Translations under genes and position numbers: made by a program
The notes under the pieces: generated by a model
What the model was told of the DNA's origin: nothing
Database searches by the model: none
Seen by the model: the letters and a program-made list of their open reading frames with translations, nothing else
Part shown: positions 37,836-46,522 of the stretch, piece after piece
Numbering within the stretch: the stretch's first letter is position 1
Layout: each line of letters begins with the position of its first letter
Origin: Escherichia coli
GTDB taxonomy: Bacteria > Pseudomonadota > Gammaproteobacteria > Enterobacterales > Enterobacteriaceae
Reading direction: 5' to 3' (one strand)
Assembly (NCBI GenBank): GCA_902500125.1
Contig: GCA_902500125.1_4132.1
DNA: 64,000 bases

Positions 37836-38072
37836 ATGCTTGAACAAATCAAATCAACGACTTCGAATGTAACGGGAACGGTAGCACACTTTACTAGTGA
37901 TGAATCGCGGGGCGTACCCTATTGTGCTGTACATGTAAACACTGATGGCAACTACTGGTTTACTGTTTACGGATCATATTCCTTTGGACGACCAGGGCAT
38001 CAAAAAATTCTGGATAAAGTACAGCCAACGGGTAAAAATATCACTGCTGAAATGTTTTATAAAAAATCATAA
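37836..38072 (+). CDS. hypothetical protein (78 aa)
   Basis: Track ORF; AAGGA RBS. Confidence 0.55.
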   Translation: MLEQIKSTTSNVTGTVAHFTSDESRGVPYCAVHVNTDGNYWFTVYGSYSFGRPGHQKILDKVQPTGKNITAEMFYKKS

Positions 38073-38077
38073 AGTAC

Positions 38078-38137
38078 TTGATAATAGTTTTTAGTACTGT
38101 ATAATATTTTACATCGCAAGGGGGAGCGGTTCCCCCT
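38078..38137 (+). promoter_or_regulatory. promoter plus leader hairpin unit
   Basis: TTGATA-N16-TATAAT then GGGGGA-GCGG-TTCCCCC. Confidence 0.5.
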
Positions 38138-38156
38138 GGTAACTAAGGATAATCAA

Positions 38157-38456
38157 ATGAAAATTGCAATCATCGCCCTGGCTTTATCTGTTTCCTCTTT
38201 CGCTGTTAATGCGTCATTAGATGTAAGTAGTGAAAAATTCATTCAGTGCACTGTTGCAATGACCGATGAAAGTACTGGCGAGATTGTATTAAAGGATCTG
38301 GAGATTCAGCCGGAAGCATTTAAAAACGGCCCGTTCCATGAAGAAGACGAAAACGGTAGCACGACAATTTATTATGATGCCAGTACTAAACGCGGTTCGG
38401 TCACTGTAATGGATACTGAGAAAGTAACGCATACCGGCGTTATTAATTGCCGTTGA
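38157..38456 (+). CDS. secreted protein with signal peptide
   Basis: Track ORF; N-term MKIAIIALALSVSSFAVNA. Confidence 0.55.
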   Translation: MKIAIIALALSVSSFAVNASLDVSSEKFIQCTVAMTDESTGEIVLKDLEIQPEAFKNGPFHEEDENGSTTIYYDASTKRGSVTVMDTEKVTHTGVINCR

Positions 38457-38477
38457 TAGATACTACGGGGTAACATC

Positions 38478-38708
38478 ATGACTAAGCGAATTGTTTTACT
38501 TAACGAAAGCAGTACTACACAACTACTTAACGCCGTGCATTATGATATTGAAACGAGCGTTAATCTTATCAGTACTGTAGTACTGTTGGACACTGGAAAG
38601 GTCGCCAATGATAAAGCGATTGCAGGTATATTAACGGATCTTGAGCCTGGTAGCAGTGCACCAATAACGTTAAATGGTAAAGTGTTTAATATTTTACTCA
38701 CTGATTAA
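38478..38708 (+). CDS. hypothetical protein (76 aa)
   Basis: Track ORF. Confidence 0.5.
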   Translation: MTKRIVLLNESSTTQLLNAVHYDIETSVNLISTVVLLDTGKVANDKAIAGILTDLEPGSSAPITLNGKVFNILLTD

Positions 38709-38714
38709 GTACAT

Positions 38715-38737
38715 AGCCCACCTGGTGGGCTTTTTTG
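38715..38737 (+). terminator. rho-independent terminator
   Basis: AGCCCACC-T-GGTGGGCT plus TTTTTT. Confidence 0.75.
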
Positions 38738-38790
38738 TTTTTGTAGTATCGTAGTACTGAGATACTTTGAAAATAGTTTTAAGAAAGTAG

Positions 38791-38818
38791 TTGACATTAC
38801 CGCAGAAAAGCGTAGAAT
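38791..38818 (+). promoter_or_regulatory. sigma70-like promoter
   Basis: TTGACA-N16-TAGAAT. Confidence 0.45.
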
Positions 38819-38941
38819 GTATTACATCAAGACGGGGAGCACTAAGTAGACCGCCAGTAAGTCGAACGAAAAACTGGACACGTCGAGAAAACTTTGATAC
38901 ACTAATAAACGTAAACTAAACTTTAATTGAGGATTTATAAA

Positions 38942-39424
38942 ATGGCTAATGTAAAATCATTCATCAAAGCACTGGTAGCAAATGAAACTAACGTCGCGGC
39001 TGAGATCCTGGCTGAACTGGATAACGATACCATGAAAGCGGTACGCAATAATTTTAACATCGCGTACAGTACTGCGAAAGAACTACAAGCAAATAAAGCG
39101 GCAGAGATTGAAGCAGCGAAGGCGGCCCGTGAAGCAGAACTACAAGCAACAATTGAAAGTATCCAGGCGGCAGTAGTTGGGCTGGATCTGGAAGTAGTTA
39201 CCGAGATGGCACAAAAAGCCCTGGCGGTTAAGTACGGGGAAGATAAGCCGGAATCTAAGCCTAAAAAATGGATTCAAGAACGTGTAGCGGTAGTACTTGA
39301 TAACGGGGAAGAATATCTGATTCCGGTGCGTGGTAACTGCATTGCGGTAGTACTGGATGCTATCAAAGAAAGCGGATTGACTCGCGAGGAATGGATCGAA
39401 GCTCATCGCAAAGTTGAAGCATAA
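38942..39424 (+). CDS. hypothetical protein (160 aa), Ala/Glu-rich
   Basis: Internal ATG of track ORF 38927..39424 after GAGGA. Confidence 0.55.
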   Translation: MANVKSFIKALVANETNVAAEILAELDNDTMKAVRNNFNIAYSTAKELQANKAAEIEAAKAAREAELQATIESIQAAVVGLDLEVVTEMAQKALAVKYGEDKPESKPKKWIQERVAVVLDNGEEYLIPVRGNCIAVVLDAIKESGLTREEWIEAHRKVEA

Positions 39425-39445
39425 CAATTAAAGTACTGAATCATT

Positions 39446-39471
39446 AGCCCACTTATACAGTGGGCTTTTTT
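39446..39471 (+). terminator. rho-independent terminator
   Basis: AGCCCACT-TATAC-AGTGGGCT plus TTTTTT. Confidence 0.75.
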
Positions 39472-39625
39472 GTGTTTATCGTTTACCAGGCCACCAGCAC
39501 CGCCTAGAAACGATTCTAACGTATTAAACTGTTTATCTGATGCATTGCCCTAGCTGGTGGCGTTAAAGTCGTTAGAATGCGATTGAGTGCGTTTAAAGTA
39601 TTTTGCAAAAAGTAATAAAAAGTAC

Positions 39626-39684
39626 TTGCACGATTAAGAGATTAGCGTATAATGTTTTACATCGAGAGGGGGAAACGGTTCTCC
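39626..39684 (+). promoter_or_regulatory. promoter plus leader hairpin unit
   Basis: TTGCAC-N16-TATAAT then GGGGA-AACGGT-TCTCC. Confidence 0.5.
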
Positions 39685-39708
39685 TTCCAAATCAAAGGAA
39701 TCAAAACA

Positions 39709-39936
39709 ATGGCTATCGTAATCGCTTATGTAACTGGTACTACTGGCACTTCTTCTACTGTTGCTGTAATTACCAACAAGAAAGGTGCGGAATTACATTC
39801 TGCAATGGATACCTGGGCGGTAAATGAGTTCGGTCAGTGGGCAAGTGTAGCATATGTTGAAACCTATCAAGTGCCAACCATTAGCTTAACGGATCTCGGT
39901 GTAGATCGTATCCTTTGCCTGGATGAATTAAATTAA
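39709..39936 (+). CDS. hypothetical protein (75 aa)
   Basis: Internal ATG of track ORF 39652..39936. Confidence 0.55.
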   Translation: MAIVIAYVTGTTGTSSTVAVITNKKGAELHSAMDTWAVNEFGQWASVAYVETYQVPTISLTDLGVDRILCLDELN

Positions 39937-39944
39937 AAAAGTAC

Positions 39945-40005
39945 TTGCAAAGTAAGTTGGATAAAGTATAATACATTACATCAAGGGGAGAAAATGGTTC
40001 TCCCC
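39945..40005 (+). promoter_or_regulatory. promoter plus leader hairpin unit
   Basis: TTGCAA-N16-TATAAT then GGGGAGA-AAATGG-TTCTCCCC. Confidence 0.55.
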
Positions 40006-40023
40006 ACTAAGAGGAAACTAAAA

Positions 40024-40167
40024 ATGAAAACTTGTCAATGTGGTAAAAAATCTATTACTGGTTTGAAACGGGGCGTTGCTCTTTGTCAGTATCACTATAA
40101 CGCTCAGGTATGGGGTAAAGAGTGGGCCGACCAGGTGGAAGCAGTAAAGAAAGCAAAAAGTAAGTAA
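40024..40167 (+). CDS. small Cys/His-containing protein (47 aa)
   Basis: ATG after AAGAGGAAA RBS; MKTCQCGKK..CQYHY; below track cutoff. Confidence 0.45.
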   Translation: MKTCQCGKKSITGLKRGVALCQYHYNAQVWGKEWADQVEAVKKAKSK

Positions 40168-40186
40168 AATTATTATCACAGTACTA

Positions 40187-40215
40187 TTGACATAGATTGA
40201 TAGTACTGGCATAAT
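40187..40215 (+). promoter_or_regulatory. sigma70-like promoter
   Basis: TTGACA-N17-CATAAT flanked by AGTACT. Confidence 0.5.
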
Positions 40216-40248
40216 AGATTTTATCAAGACAACTAAGAGGAAACAATA

Positions 40249-40461
40249 ATGGCTATCATCACAAAAATCAAAGTAAACAAATCACTGGTTAAGCTGGAAG
40301 AAGTGAAAGAAGGTTATAAAGTATCGTGGTGCGGCATGTATCGGATTTTTACAGATGTTGACGATGCAATCAATTACTACACTGACACGGTAAAAAACTT
40401 TGTTCGTGCTGATGTGGTTATGGCAGTGGCAACACACAAAGCATCGAAAGAAAGTAAGTAA
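40249..40461 (+). CDS. hypothetical protein (70 aa)
   Basis: Track ORF; AAGAGGAAA RBS. Confidence 0.55.
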   Translation: MAIITKIKVNKSLVKLEEVKEGYKVSWCGMYRIFTDVDDAINYYTDTVKNFVRADVVMAVATHKASKESK

Positions 40462-40480
40462 AAATATTATCACAGTACTA

Positions 40481-40509
40481 TTGACATAGTTTGATAGTAC
40501 TGGCATAAT
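40481..40509 (+). promoter_or_regulatory. sigma70-like promoter (duplicate of 40187 unit)
   Basis: Same about 70-nt promoter/leader repeated. Confidence 0.5.
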
Positions 40510-40542
40510 AGATTTTATCAAGACAACTAAGAGGAAATTAAA

Positions 40543-40887
40543 ATGGCTAATATCAACACTATCGCAAAACAAAATATCAACCTGTCTTCTGTTGAAGTTG
40601 TACATATTGCCGCTCGGCGTTGGTTCCAGGCTTCATATGGTAACACTTATTTCTCTTTAAGTGTAGACGTAGAAATTGATGGTAATTTTATTGAAGTAGT
40701 AAACGTGCCGTTCCAATATGGATACGGGGATCACTTTGACACTGTAGCAATGGAAGAATTTAGCAAGGTTATTAATATGGAAGATAAAGAGTTTTTACGC
40801 GGTTCTTATCTTTCCCGTTTTTGCCGTGACAATAATATCACTGTTTACAGTTCGGTAACTGATGTTAAACGCAAAAAAGATCTTTAA
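40543..40887 (+). CDS. hypothetical protein, paralog of 46523..46846
   Basis: Track ORF; shared ..YGYG.. and C-terminal DVKRKKD. Confidence 0.55.
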   Translation: MANINTIAKQNINLSSVEVVHIAARRWFQASYGNTYFSLSVDVEIDGNFIEVVNVPFQYGYGDHFDTVAMEEFSKVINMEDKEFLRGSYLSRFCRDNNITVYSSVTDVKRKKDL

Positions 40888-40967
40888 TTAGCTTTACTTT
40901 ATGCAGATACTTTGATATAGTGTCTGCATAGGGGAAAGAAATTAAATTAACTTAAGAGGATCGTATA

Positions 40968-41237
40968 ATGAAAAATATCAGTACTTTAATCGATGCAGGT
41001 ACACATGTTCGGCGGTCTATGGTTGCAACCAGTACTACAAAACAAGTAGCGAGCGGTTATCTTGTATTTGTGCACGATGGTAAACTCCTGGAACGTTCAA
41101 TCAATTTTGATGTTAAAAACAATTGCCGTTTTATTATCTTTCGCCGTGAACAATATAAGATCGACATTCCAGCGAAGCCCATTAGCGGTGCGTACAATGT
41201 GCAATCATTGTTTGAGCGTCAACCATACACCTATTAA
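40968..41237 (+). CDS. hypothetical protein (89 aa)
   Basis: Track ORF; AAGAGGA RBS. Confidence 0.5.
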   Translation: MKNISTLIDAGTHVRRSMVATSTTKQVASGYLVFVHDGKLLERSINFDVKNNCRFIIFRREQYKIDIPAKPISGAYNVQSLFERQPYTY

Positions 41238-41288
41238 TCAAAACATCGTTAGCGGTCGATTCAGGCCGCTTATATTGGGGATTATACC

Positions 41289-41561
41289 ATGAACGTTAAT
41301 CAAGTACTGAATGAGATCGAAAGCATCATTAAACCGATGAAGCGTACTGATGCTATGTTAACACCGGAAGAATGCCGCCTTTATGAGCGTTACAGCGTCG
41401 AACAAGTCCAGGCAATGGCTATGGCTACCCCAGCCGTTAAACCGCCTGAGAATGCGTTACAGGACGTTACAGGGGATTATATCATCAATCCAGTACTAGG
41501 GAAGATGGCTGCAATCACCGAAGATCAACAAGACTACTTAAGCCAGTACTTAAAAGGTTAA
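41289..41561 (+). CDS. hypothetical protein (90 aa)
   Basis: Track ORF. Confidence 0.5.
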   Translation: MNVNQVLNEIESIIKPMKRTDAMLTPEECRLYERYSVEQVQAMAMATPAVKPPENALQDVTGDYIINPVLGKMAAITEDQQDYLSQYLKG

Positions 41562-41566
41562 TTAAT

Positions 41567-41776
41567 ATGCTTACTGTACAGGATAAGATCGACATCTTAA
41601 AGGTTAATATGTATGTGATTGATGCCGTACCTGGTAAAGTATTTGCATACGATGACACTACTGTAAGCGATTTCTACTATAGCCAGGCCGTGGGGGATCT
41701 TTCTGTACAGTCGGTTATTGAAAACGTAGTTAATGCAGCGTATGAGCATTTACTTTCAAATAGTACTTGCAATTAG
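41567..41776 (+). CDS. hypothetical protein (69 aa)
   Basis: Track ORF. Confidence 0.5.
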   Translation: MLTVQDKIDILKVNMYVIDAVPGKVFAYDDTTVSDFYYSQAVGDLSVQSVIENVVNAAYEHLLSNSTCN

Positions 41777-41826
41777 TTTTTAAACGCGTATAATGTTTTA
41801 CATGAAGGGGAGAAATGATTCTCCCC
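41766..41826 (+). promoter_or_regulatory. promoter plus leader hairpin unit
   Basis: TTGCAA-N17-TATAAT then GGGGAGA-AATGAT-TCTCCCC. Confidence 0.55.
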
Positions 41827-41845
41827 ACTAATTAAGGAATATGAA

Positions 41846-41992
41846 ATGAAAGCATCAAAAAAGAGTAATACTAAGAAAGCACGTTCACCTTTCGCTGGGG
41901 TATTCCCTTTACGTTTCGTTGATGAAGTAGTTTCCTACCCGCCGGGCCTTACTCCTGAGATGGTAGAAAGTTTGCGTAAATCTAAAAAATAG
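41846..41992 (+). CDS. small basic protein (48 aa)
   Basis: ATG after AAGGAATATGAA; below track cutoff. Confidence 0.4.
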   Translation: MKASKKSNTKKARSPFAGVFPLRFVDEVVSYPPGLTPEMVESLRKSKK

Positions 41993-41995
41993 TAC

Positions 41996-42055
41996 TTGCA
42001 ATTAGTTTTTAGTACTGTATAATAGTTTACATGAAGGGGAGAAATGATTCTCCCC
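41996..42055 (+). promoter_or_regulatory. promoter plus leader hairpin unit
   Basis: TTGCAA-N16-TATAAT then GGGGAGA-AATGAT-TCTCCCC. Confidence 0.55.
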
Positions 42056-42073
42056 AATAACAGGAGAAACAAA

Positions 42074-42226
42074 ATGAAACAATACAACGCTCGGTTTGAT
42101 GTTACTATCGGTAACGGCAAAGGTCAATTCTCTTTCAGTACTCGCAAAAGTTATACAGAAAACTTCCTGCGTAATTGTGCACTGACCGCCGCTCAAATTA
42201 AACATTATTTTCAGGCTAAAAAATGA
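42074..42226 (+). CDS. hypothetical protein (50 aa)
   Basis: Internal ATG of track ORF 42044..42226 after CAGGAGAAACAAA. Confidence 0.5.
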   Translation: MKQYNARFDVTIGNGKGQFSFSTRKSYTENFLRNCALTAAQIKHYFQAKK

Positions 42227-42312
42227 AATCATTAGCTTATTACAGTTCAGCGGTGATCGGTGCATTGATCGCGGCATTGTTAGTAACCTATCTATTCTTT
42301 ATGGTGATTTAA
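42223..42312 (+). CDS. small hydrophobic peptide (29 aa)
   Basis: ATGA-coupled to upstream gene; single TM-like segment. Confidence 0.3.
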   Translation: MKSLAYYSSAVIGALIAALLVTYLFFMVI

Positions 42313-42453
42313 ATGAATCCTAACGGTTTAATTTACAGTACTCCTAAAACGAAAGCAGATAAAGCGAAAGCACGTAAAGCGAAAGTAAAGGAGTACATTA
42401 AGCAAGGCATGACGCGAAAGGCCGCACTACTCAGAGTAAAGGCTGAAAAATAA
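42313..42453 (+). CDS. small Lys-rich protein (46 aa)
   Basis: Translationally coupled; followed by terminator module. Confidence 0.3.
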   Translation: MNPNGLIYSTPKTKADKAKARKAKVKEYIKQGMTRKAALLRVKAEK

Positions 42454-42462
42454 TTGAAAAAA

Positions 42463-42545
42463 GGGTTGACTCCGGTCAGTCCCTTTGCTATTATATATAC
42501 ATACCAGCGATACACTGGCGGCCCATAGGGTGCACAAATGTATCT
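42463..42545 (+). promoter_or_regulatory. extended terminator-promoter module with CCCATAGGGTGC motif
   Basis: GGGTTGAC-TCCG-GTCAGTCCC hairpin, TTGACT/TATTAT, then GCCCATAGGGTGCACAAATGTATC. Confidence 0.55.
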
Positions 42546-42588
42546 ATTATATAAGTATTGAGTACTGAAAACTATTTTTAAAAAGTAC

Positions 42589-42647
42589 TTGCAAACTATC
42601 TCAATAAGCGTATAATGTTTTACATCGAAAGGGGAAACGGTTTCCCC
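42589..42647 (+). promoter_or_regulatory. promoter plus leader hairpin unit
   Basis: TTGCAA-N16-TATAAT then GGGGAAA-CGG-TTTCCCC. Confidence 0.55.
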
Positions 42648-42667
42648 TGGTAATAAGGAAACAAATC

Positions 42668-43009
42668 ATGACTATCTCAATTGCTCAATCTAACTTTGAA
42701 AATGAAATCATCGCCCAGGCACTGCGTTTAAATGATGGTCGGGCCGAAATTAATTACGGTTTCAATTCAGGCGGTTGTGAAAAATATCAGTACTTTGTAA
42801 CGGCTGATGGCGGTGTCCTGGGTATCAATACAGTTATTGTAAACATCCAAAAAATTAATTTCAATGATCCAGACGATAGCCAGTTTTACATCACGGGCGT
42901 AGACGTGAACTATGAGGATGACTCACTAACTGATGACTACACTGGTGAAACGTTAGAAAGTGCATACTGTGAAGATGATTATCAGTCCGGTCCAGAAGAT
43001 TTCGAATAA
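42668..43009 (+). CDS. hypothetical protein (113 aa)
   Basis: Track ORF; AAGGAAACAAA RBS. Confidence 0.55.
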   Translation: MTISIAQSNFENEIIAQALRLNDGRAEINYGFNSGGCEKYQYFVTADGGVLGINTVIVNIQKINFNDPDDSQFYITGVDVNYEDDSLTDDYTGETLESAYCEDDYQSGPEDFE

Positions 43010-43023
43010 TATAAAAAAATAGT

Positions 43024-43083
43024 TTGACAATAGATTATAGTACTGTATAATAGTTTACATCAAGGGGAGAAAAACTTCTCCCC
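43024..43083 (+). promoter_or_regulatory. promoter plus leader hairpin unit
   Basis: TTGACA-N16-TATAAT then GGGGAGAA-AAAC-TTCTCCCC. Confidence 0.55.
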
Positions 43084-43105
43084 ACTAACAGAGAGAGAAA
43101 ACAAA

Positions 43106-43318
43106 ATGGCTAATATCTGCACTGTACTGAAAAATGCAAAACAAGTTTTATTTTCTGATCACGATCATTTAAACAAGGATATTACTGGCGTTCGGAATAT
43201 CAAAGATGTAAAAAGTGTTATGGGTATCTATTGCAATATGAAACGTGTTGGAACGTTCGGCGACAAAGTACTATACCAGGCAGGGGATTACAATTTTACA
43301 CTGACTATCATTAACTAA
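43106..43318 (+). CDS. hypothetical protein (70 aa)
   Basis: Track ORF. Confidence 0.55.
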   Translation: MANICTVLKNAKQVLFSDHDHLNKDITGVRNIKDVKSVMGIYCNMKRVGTFGDKVLYQAGDYNFTLTIIN

Positions 43319-43337
43319 AAATATATTACCAGTACTA

Positions 43338-43365
43338 TTGACATAGTTTGATAGTACTGTATAAT
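43338..43365 (+). promoter_or_regulatory. sigma70-like promoter
   Basis: TTGACA-N16-TATAAT. Confidence 0.5.
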
Positions 43366-43409
43366 AAGTTTTATAAACAGTAGTTAACTTAACCTAAGAG
43401 AGAAATAAA

Positions 43410-43553
43410 ATGATCGCACTGGATTCATTCATCGACGCAGTACTGGCAAAAACTGGCGAGGATCTGACCGCAGAACAATACGCGATGATCGAGCAATGTC
43501 AGCAAGACGGTAAATCGGTGAAAGATACTGTTAAGATTATCCGCAAGATGTAA
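43410..43553 (+). CDS. small protein (47 aa)
   Basis: ATG after AAGAGAGAAATAAA; below track cutoff. Confidence 0.4.
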   Translation: MIALDSFIDAVLAKTGEDLTAEQYAMIEQCQQDGKSVKDTVKIIRKM

Positions 43554-43560
43554 TATTATA

Positions 43561-43590
43561 GCCCACTGGTCAACGCTGGTGGGCTTTAAT
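43561..43590 (+). terminator. rho-independent terminator
   Basis: GCCCAC-loop-GTGGGC plus TTT. Confidence 0.55.
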
Positions 43591-43652
43591 CCTTTACCCT
43601 ATACAATGCCAGTACTAAACCGTTTATCTCGTTAGAATGCGTTACAGGACGT

Positions 43653-43856
43653 TTGACAATGATTAGCATGAAATCAGTACAAAAACAAATAGAAACATTA
43701 TCAAAAATTAAACGTAAACAGTACTCGTTAGAATATACAATCAATGGTAACTATCATCTAATGAAAGAGAATAATTTTATTGTCATTGATGAATCATTGC
43801 AAATCATTAGTATAGTACTGAAAGCATTAATCAATGACAGAAAAAAATTAAAATAA
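43653..43856 (+). CDS. hypothetical protein (AT-rich)
   Basis: Track ORF; start uncertain, alternative ATGs at 43659 and 43668. Confidence 0.4.
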   Translation: MTMISMKSVQKQIETLSKIKRKQYSLEYTINGNYHLMKENNFIVIDESLQIISIVLKALINDRKKLK

Positions 43857-44185
43857 TCTATTGACAATATCATCCAGTACTGGCATAATACTTACATCAA
43901 GACGAGAACGTCACTAACCCATAGGGTGCACAAATGTAACTATATAATATCGATCAATAAATGATCAAAAAAGTACTGGATCAATTTAACATAAGGAGTA
44001 TAATTCTGATCAATTCTTGATCAAAGGCAATATACGCAGTTGAATTTATATAGACATTACAAAGGCGTTACTATCCGTGGTAATGCTGGTGGATATGTAG
44101 TATCATATGGTTTGAATAAGATTAGCACTAGTAGTATTATTGTAGCATTACAGTACTATAGTATTTTTATAATGAGGTTAAAATA

Positions 44186-44443
44186 ATGGCAGTAGGATAC
44201 GCGAAAGACGGGGCCGAACAAGACGAGATTCACGCAGTGATTCAGGCCGCCGTTAACCACGCTAGAAAGCAAATTAACGCACAAAGAGAATCACTGGTAC
44301 ATTGCCTCGACTGCGGCGATAAAATCCCTGAGAATCGACGCCAGGCCGTTATAGGGTGCATGTATTGTATTACTTGCCAGGAGGATCATGATAGTACTTT
44401 TAAAAGAGATCCGCGTAATTGTTGGCATAGATCTATGAGATAA
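44186..44443 (+). CDS. C4 zinc-finger protein, DksA/TraR-like
   Basis: CLDCGDKIPENRR..VIGCMYCITCQ spacing matches TraR/DksA-type finger. Confidence 0.55.
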   Translation: MAVGYAKDGAEQDEIHAVIQAAVNHARKQINAQRESLVHCLDCGDKIPENRRQAVIGCMYCITCQEDHDSTFKRDPRNCWHRSMR

Positions 44444-44450
44444 AAAGTAA

Positions 44451-44478
44451 TTGACAGTACTGAAAGATAGTGTATAAT
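44451..44478 (+). promoter_or_regulatory. sigma70-like promoter
   Basis: TTGACA-N16-TATAAT. Confidence 0.5.
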
Positions 44479-44507
44479 GTTTTATATCTTAACTGAGGAT
44501 AGTAATC

Positions 44508-44864
44508 ATGGGAATACAACATATCACGCGTACTACTGACAATGGAGAGATCACTGGTTATCAGGTACAGGGCAAAGTAGCACAATTGCAGTACTGGTTT
44601 GTTAAACGTGGAATCATTGCACCGGATCTTGATTATGACCGTGTAGCGTTTATTGATTCTCTTTATGTTGATCCTGATAGTCGGGGCAATGGTGAAGGTA
44701 ACGAATTAATGAATGCCTTTATCGATGCCGCCGATGATTCAGATTGTATCATCTTAGAATGCGATACGGGAGAAGATAACGCCTTTAATCTTAAAGAATG
44801 GTACGAAGGTTTCGGATTCGAGGTATTGATAGATAGTGAATATCCTATCATGATTTTATCATAG
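44508..44864 (+). CDS. possible small GNAT-type acetyltransferase
   Basis: Track ORF; LYVDPDSRGNGEGNELMNAF resembles acetyl-CoA-binding motif; weak. Confidence 0.35.
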   Translation: MGIQHITRTTDNGEITGYQVQGKVAQLQYWFVKRGIIAPDLDYDRVAFIDSLYVDPDSRGNGEGNELMNAFIDAADDSDCIILECDTGEDNAFNLKEWYEGFGFEVLIDSEYPIMILS

Positions 44865-44867
44865 TAC

Positions 44868-44924
44868 TTGCATTTAGTTTTCAGTACTGTTATAGTACTT
44901 GCATCAAGGGGAAACATCTTCCCC
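44868..44924 (+). promoter_or_regulatory. promoter plus leader hairpin unit
   Basis: TTGCAT-N17-TATAGT then GGGGAA-ACATC-TTCCCC. Confidence 0.5.
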
Positions 44925-44942
44925 TACTAAGAGGAAATAAAA

Positions 44943-45131
44943 ATGGAAAACTTATCAAGTATTTTAGTACAAGATGATTTCGGTAATCCTGGAAGTGCTA
45001 TCATTGTTCGGGGCAATAAAGCAACGTTTGTTATTGCTGGTGGACCCGTACAGCGTAGCATTAAAAATAATGCTGTTACCATTAATAATGTACGCTATCG
45101 CTTAGATAAAGAATTAATTCATAAACTGTAA
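44943..45131 (+). CDS. hypothetical protein (62 aa)
   Basis: Track ORF; AAGAGGAAATAAA RBS. Confidence 0.55.
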   Translation: MENLSSILVQDDFGNPGSAIIVRGNKATFVIAGGPVQRSIKNNAVTINNVRYRLDKELIHKL

Positions 45132-45161
45132 AAAAGTACTGGATAATAGATTATAGTACTG

Positions 45162-45199
45162 TATAATAGTTTACATGAAGGGGAGAAATGATTCTCCCC
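45162..45199 (+). promoter_or_regulatory. promoter -10 plus leader hairpin
   Basis: TATAAT then GGGGAGA-AATGAT-TCTCCCC. Confidence 0.5.
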
Positions 45200-45216
45200 A
45201 CTAAGAGGAAAGAAAA

Positions 45217-45429
45217 ATGCAAGGTCAACTAATCGTTCGTAAATGGTCTGATACTAACGAAAAACCGTGGGATGTACAATACATCGCCCCCAATGGTGAA
45301 TCCAGATATCAACCAGGTGTAACGCATAGTACTGAGCAATTCGCCGCCGCTCATCGCGAACGTCTGTTACAATCAATGCAGCAAGGTTTCGGTGAAAAAT
45401 TCATTCAGGATCATTGGCTGAAAGATTAA
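45217..45429 (+). CDS. hypothetical protein (70 aa)
   Basis: Track ORF. Confidence 0.55.
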   Translation: MQGQLIVRKWSDTNEKPWDVQYIAPNGESRYQPGVTHSTEQFAAAHRERLLQSMQQGFGEKFIQDHWLKD

Positions 45430-45436
45430 AAAGTAC

Positions 45437-45494
45437 TTGCACTGTACTGAATAAAGTGTATAATGTTTTATATCGGAAGGGGAATAGTTCCCCT
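45437..45494 (+). promoter_or_regulatory. promoter plus leader hairpin unit
   Basis: TTGCAC-N16-TATAAT then GGGGAA-TAGT-TCCCC. Confidence 0.55.
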
Positions 45495-45515
45495 CCTAAC
45501 AAAGAGGAAAGTATA

Positions 45516-45689
45516 ATGGTCCAGGTAGAATTAACAGTACTGAAAGATCTGTTTTATCGGATTGGTACTACTGGCGAATATCCGAAGGGTGATAATGCAA
45601 AACTTTACGTATCACTCGACTTATGGCAACGCGAACAATTAGCAACGGCCTGGCGTAAAGGCAAAGCAGATAGCGAGGTGAAAGCATGA
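45516..45689 (+). CDS. hypothetical protein (57 aa)
   Basis: Internal ATG of track ORF 45414..45689 after AAGAGGAAAGTATA. Confidence 0.5.
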   Translation: MVQVELTVLKDLFYRIGTTGEYPKGDNAKLYVSLDLWQREQLATAWRKGKADSEVKA

Positions 45690-45835
45690 AAGAATTCTTA
45701 TTTGAAGTAGTGTTTCAAGGTGTCGGTAGTAACCAACTGATTCGCTCAAGTGGTTATAATGTTAACCAGGCATGGAATAACATTAAACAAATGTACCCGA
45801 ACGCTATCACCTATCGCAACCCGAAAGAAGTTTAA
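45686..45835 (+). CDS. small protein (49 aa)
   Basis: ATGA-coupled; below track cutoff. Confidence 0.35.
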   Translation: MKEFLFEVVFQGVGSNQLIRSSGYNVNQAWNNIKQMYPNAITYRNPKEV

Positions 45836-45849
45836 AAATAATTGAAAAA

Positions 45850-45930
45850 GGGATTGACTCCGGTCAGTCCCTTTGCTATTATATACGCATAGAAACAAAT
45901 TAGCCCACCGGGTGCATAAATGTATCTATT
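45850..45930 (+). promoter_or_regulatory. extended terminator-promoter module with CCCACCGGGTGC motif
   Basis: Same module as 42463, 48857 and 51610. Confidence 0.55.
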
Positions 45931-45982
45931 GTTTGCTGGTGGCTAGTACTATCAAGTACTGAAAACTATTTTTAAAAAGTAC

Positions 45983-46126
45983 TTGCATTGTAATTAGAAT
46001 CAAGTATAATGTTTTACATCAGGACGGGGAACGAAACAAGTAACCCCGTTAAGTAGTCCAGGAGTAAGACATACGAAAAACTCCCCTGATAAAATAGTTT
46101 GACAATAGAAAGTAAACGAGTATAAT
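45983..46126 (+). promoter_or_regulatory. dual-promoter module enclosing conserved about 80-nt element (copy 2)
   Basis: Near-identical to 35844..35989, including element 46021-46098. Confidence 0.45.
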
Positions 46127-46159
46127 ACTTACATCAACCACTGATAAGGAAACATTAAA

Positions 46160-46435
46160 ATGCGGATTCTACTGACAGCTAACGAAATCGAACAAGTACT
46201 GACTACTAACCTGGAACAATGGAAACGTGATGCAGATATCCAGGCGGTTCAATGGCTTAACGATAAGTTAACGCCGGATGACTTAAGCAAGATTGTAGAT
46301 CCTCAATTCTACGAAGATATTCACGACACGGCTTTAAGCGTCGAGGATGTACTTGATAAGCATTACATTAATACCGATTTACAGGTTTACGGGCGTAAAA
46401 ACTTTATCACTATTCACGACATTTACAATACTTAA
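46160..46435 (+). CDS. hypothetical protein (91 aa)
   Basis: Track ORF. Confidence 0.55.
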   Translation: MRILLTANEIEQVLTTNLEQWKRDADIQAVQWLNDKLTPDDLSKIVDPQFYEDIHDTALSVEDVLDKHYINTDLQVYGRKNFITIHDIYNT

Positions 46436-46438
46436 GTA

Positions 46439-46500
46439 TTGACAAAGTATCTTAGTACTGTATAATAGTTTACATCAAGGCGGGGAAATGGTTCCCCTCC
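46439..46500 (+). promoter_or_regulatory. promoter plus leader hairpin unit
   Basis: TTGACA-N16-TATAAT then GGGGAA-ATGG-TTCCCC. Confidence 0.55.
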
Positions 46501-46522
46501 TAACAAAGAGAGAGAAATAAAA

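Noticed and set aside
40018-40605. Minus-strand ORFs 40018..40227 and 40282..40605
   Set aside because: Antisense to promoter-driven + strand small genes; the + strand units have clear promoter, RBS and paralogs.
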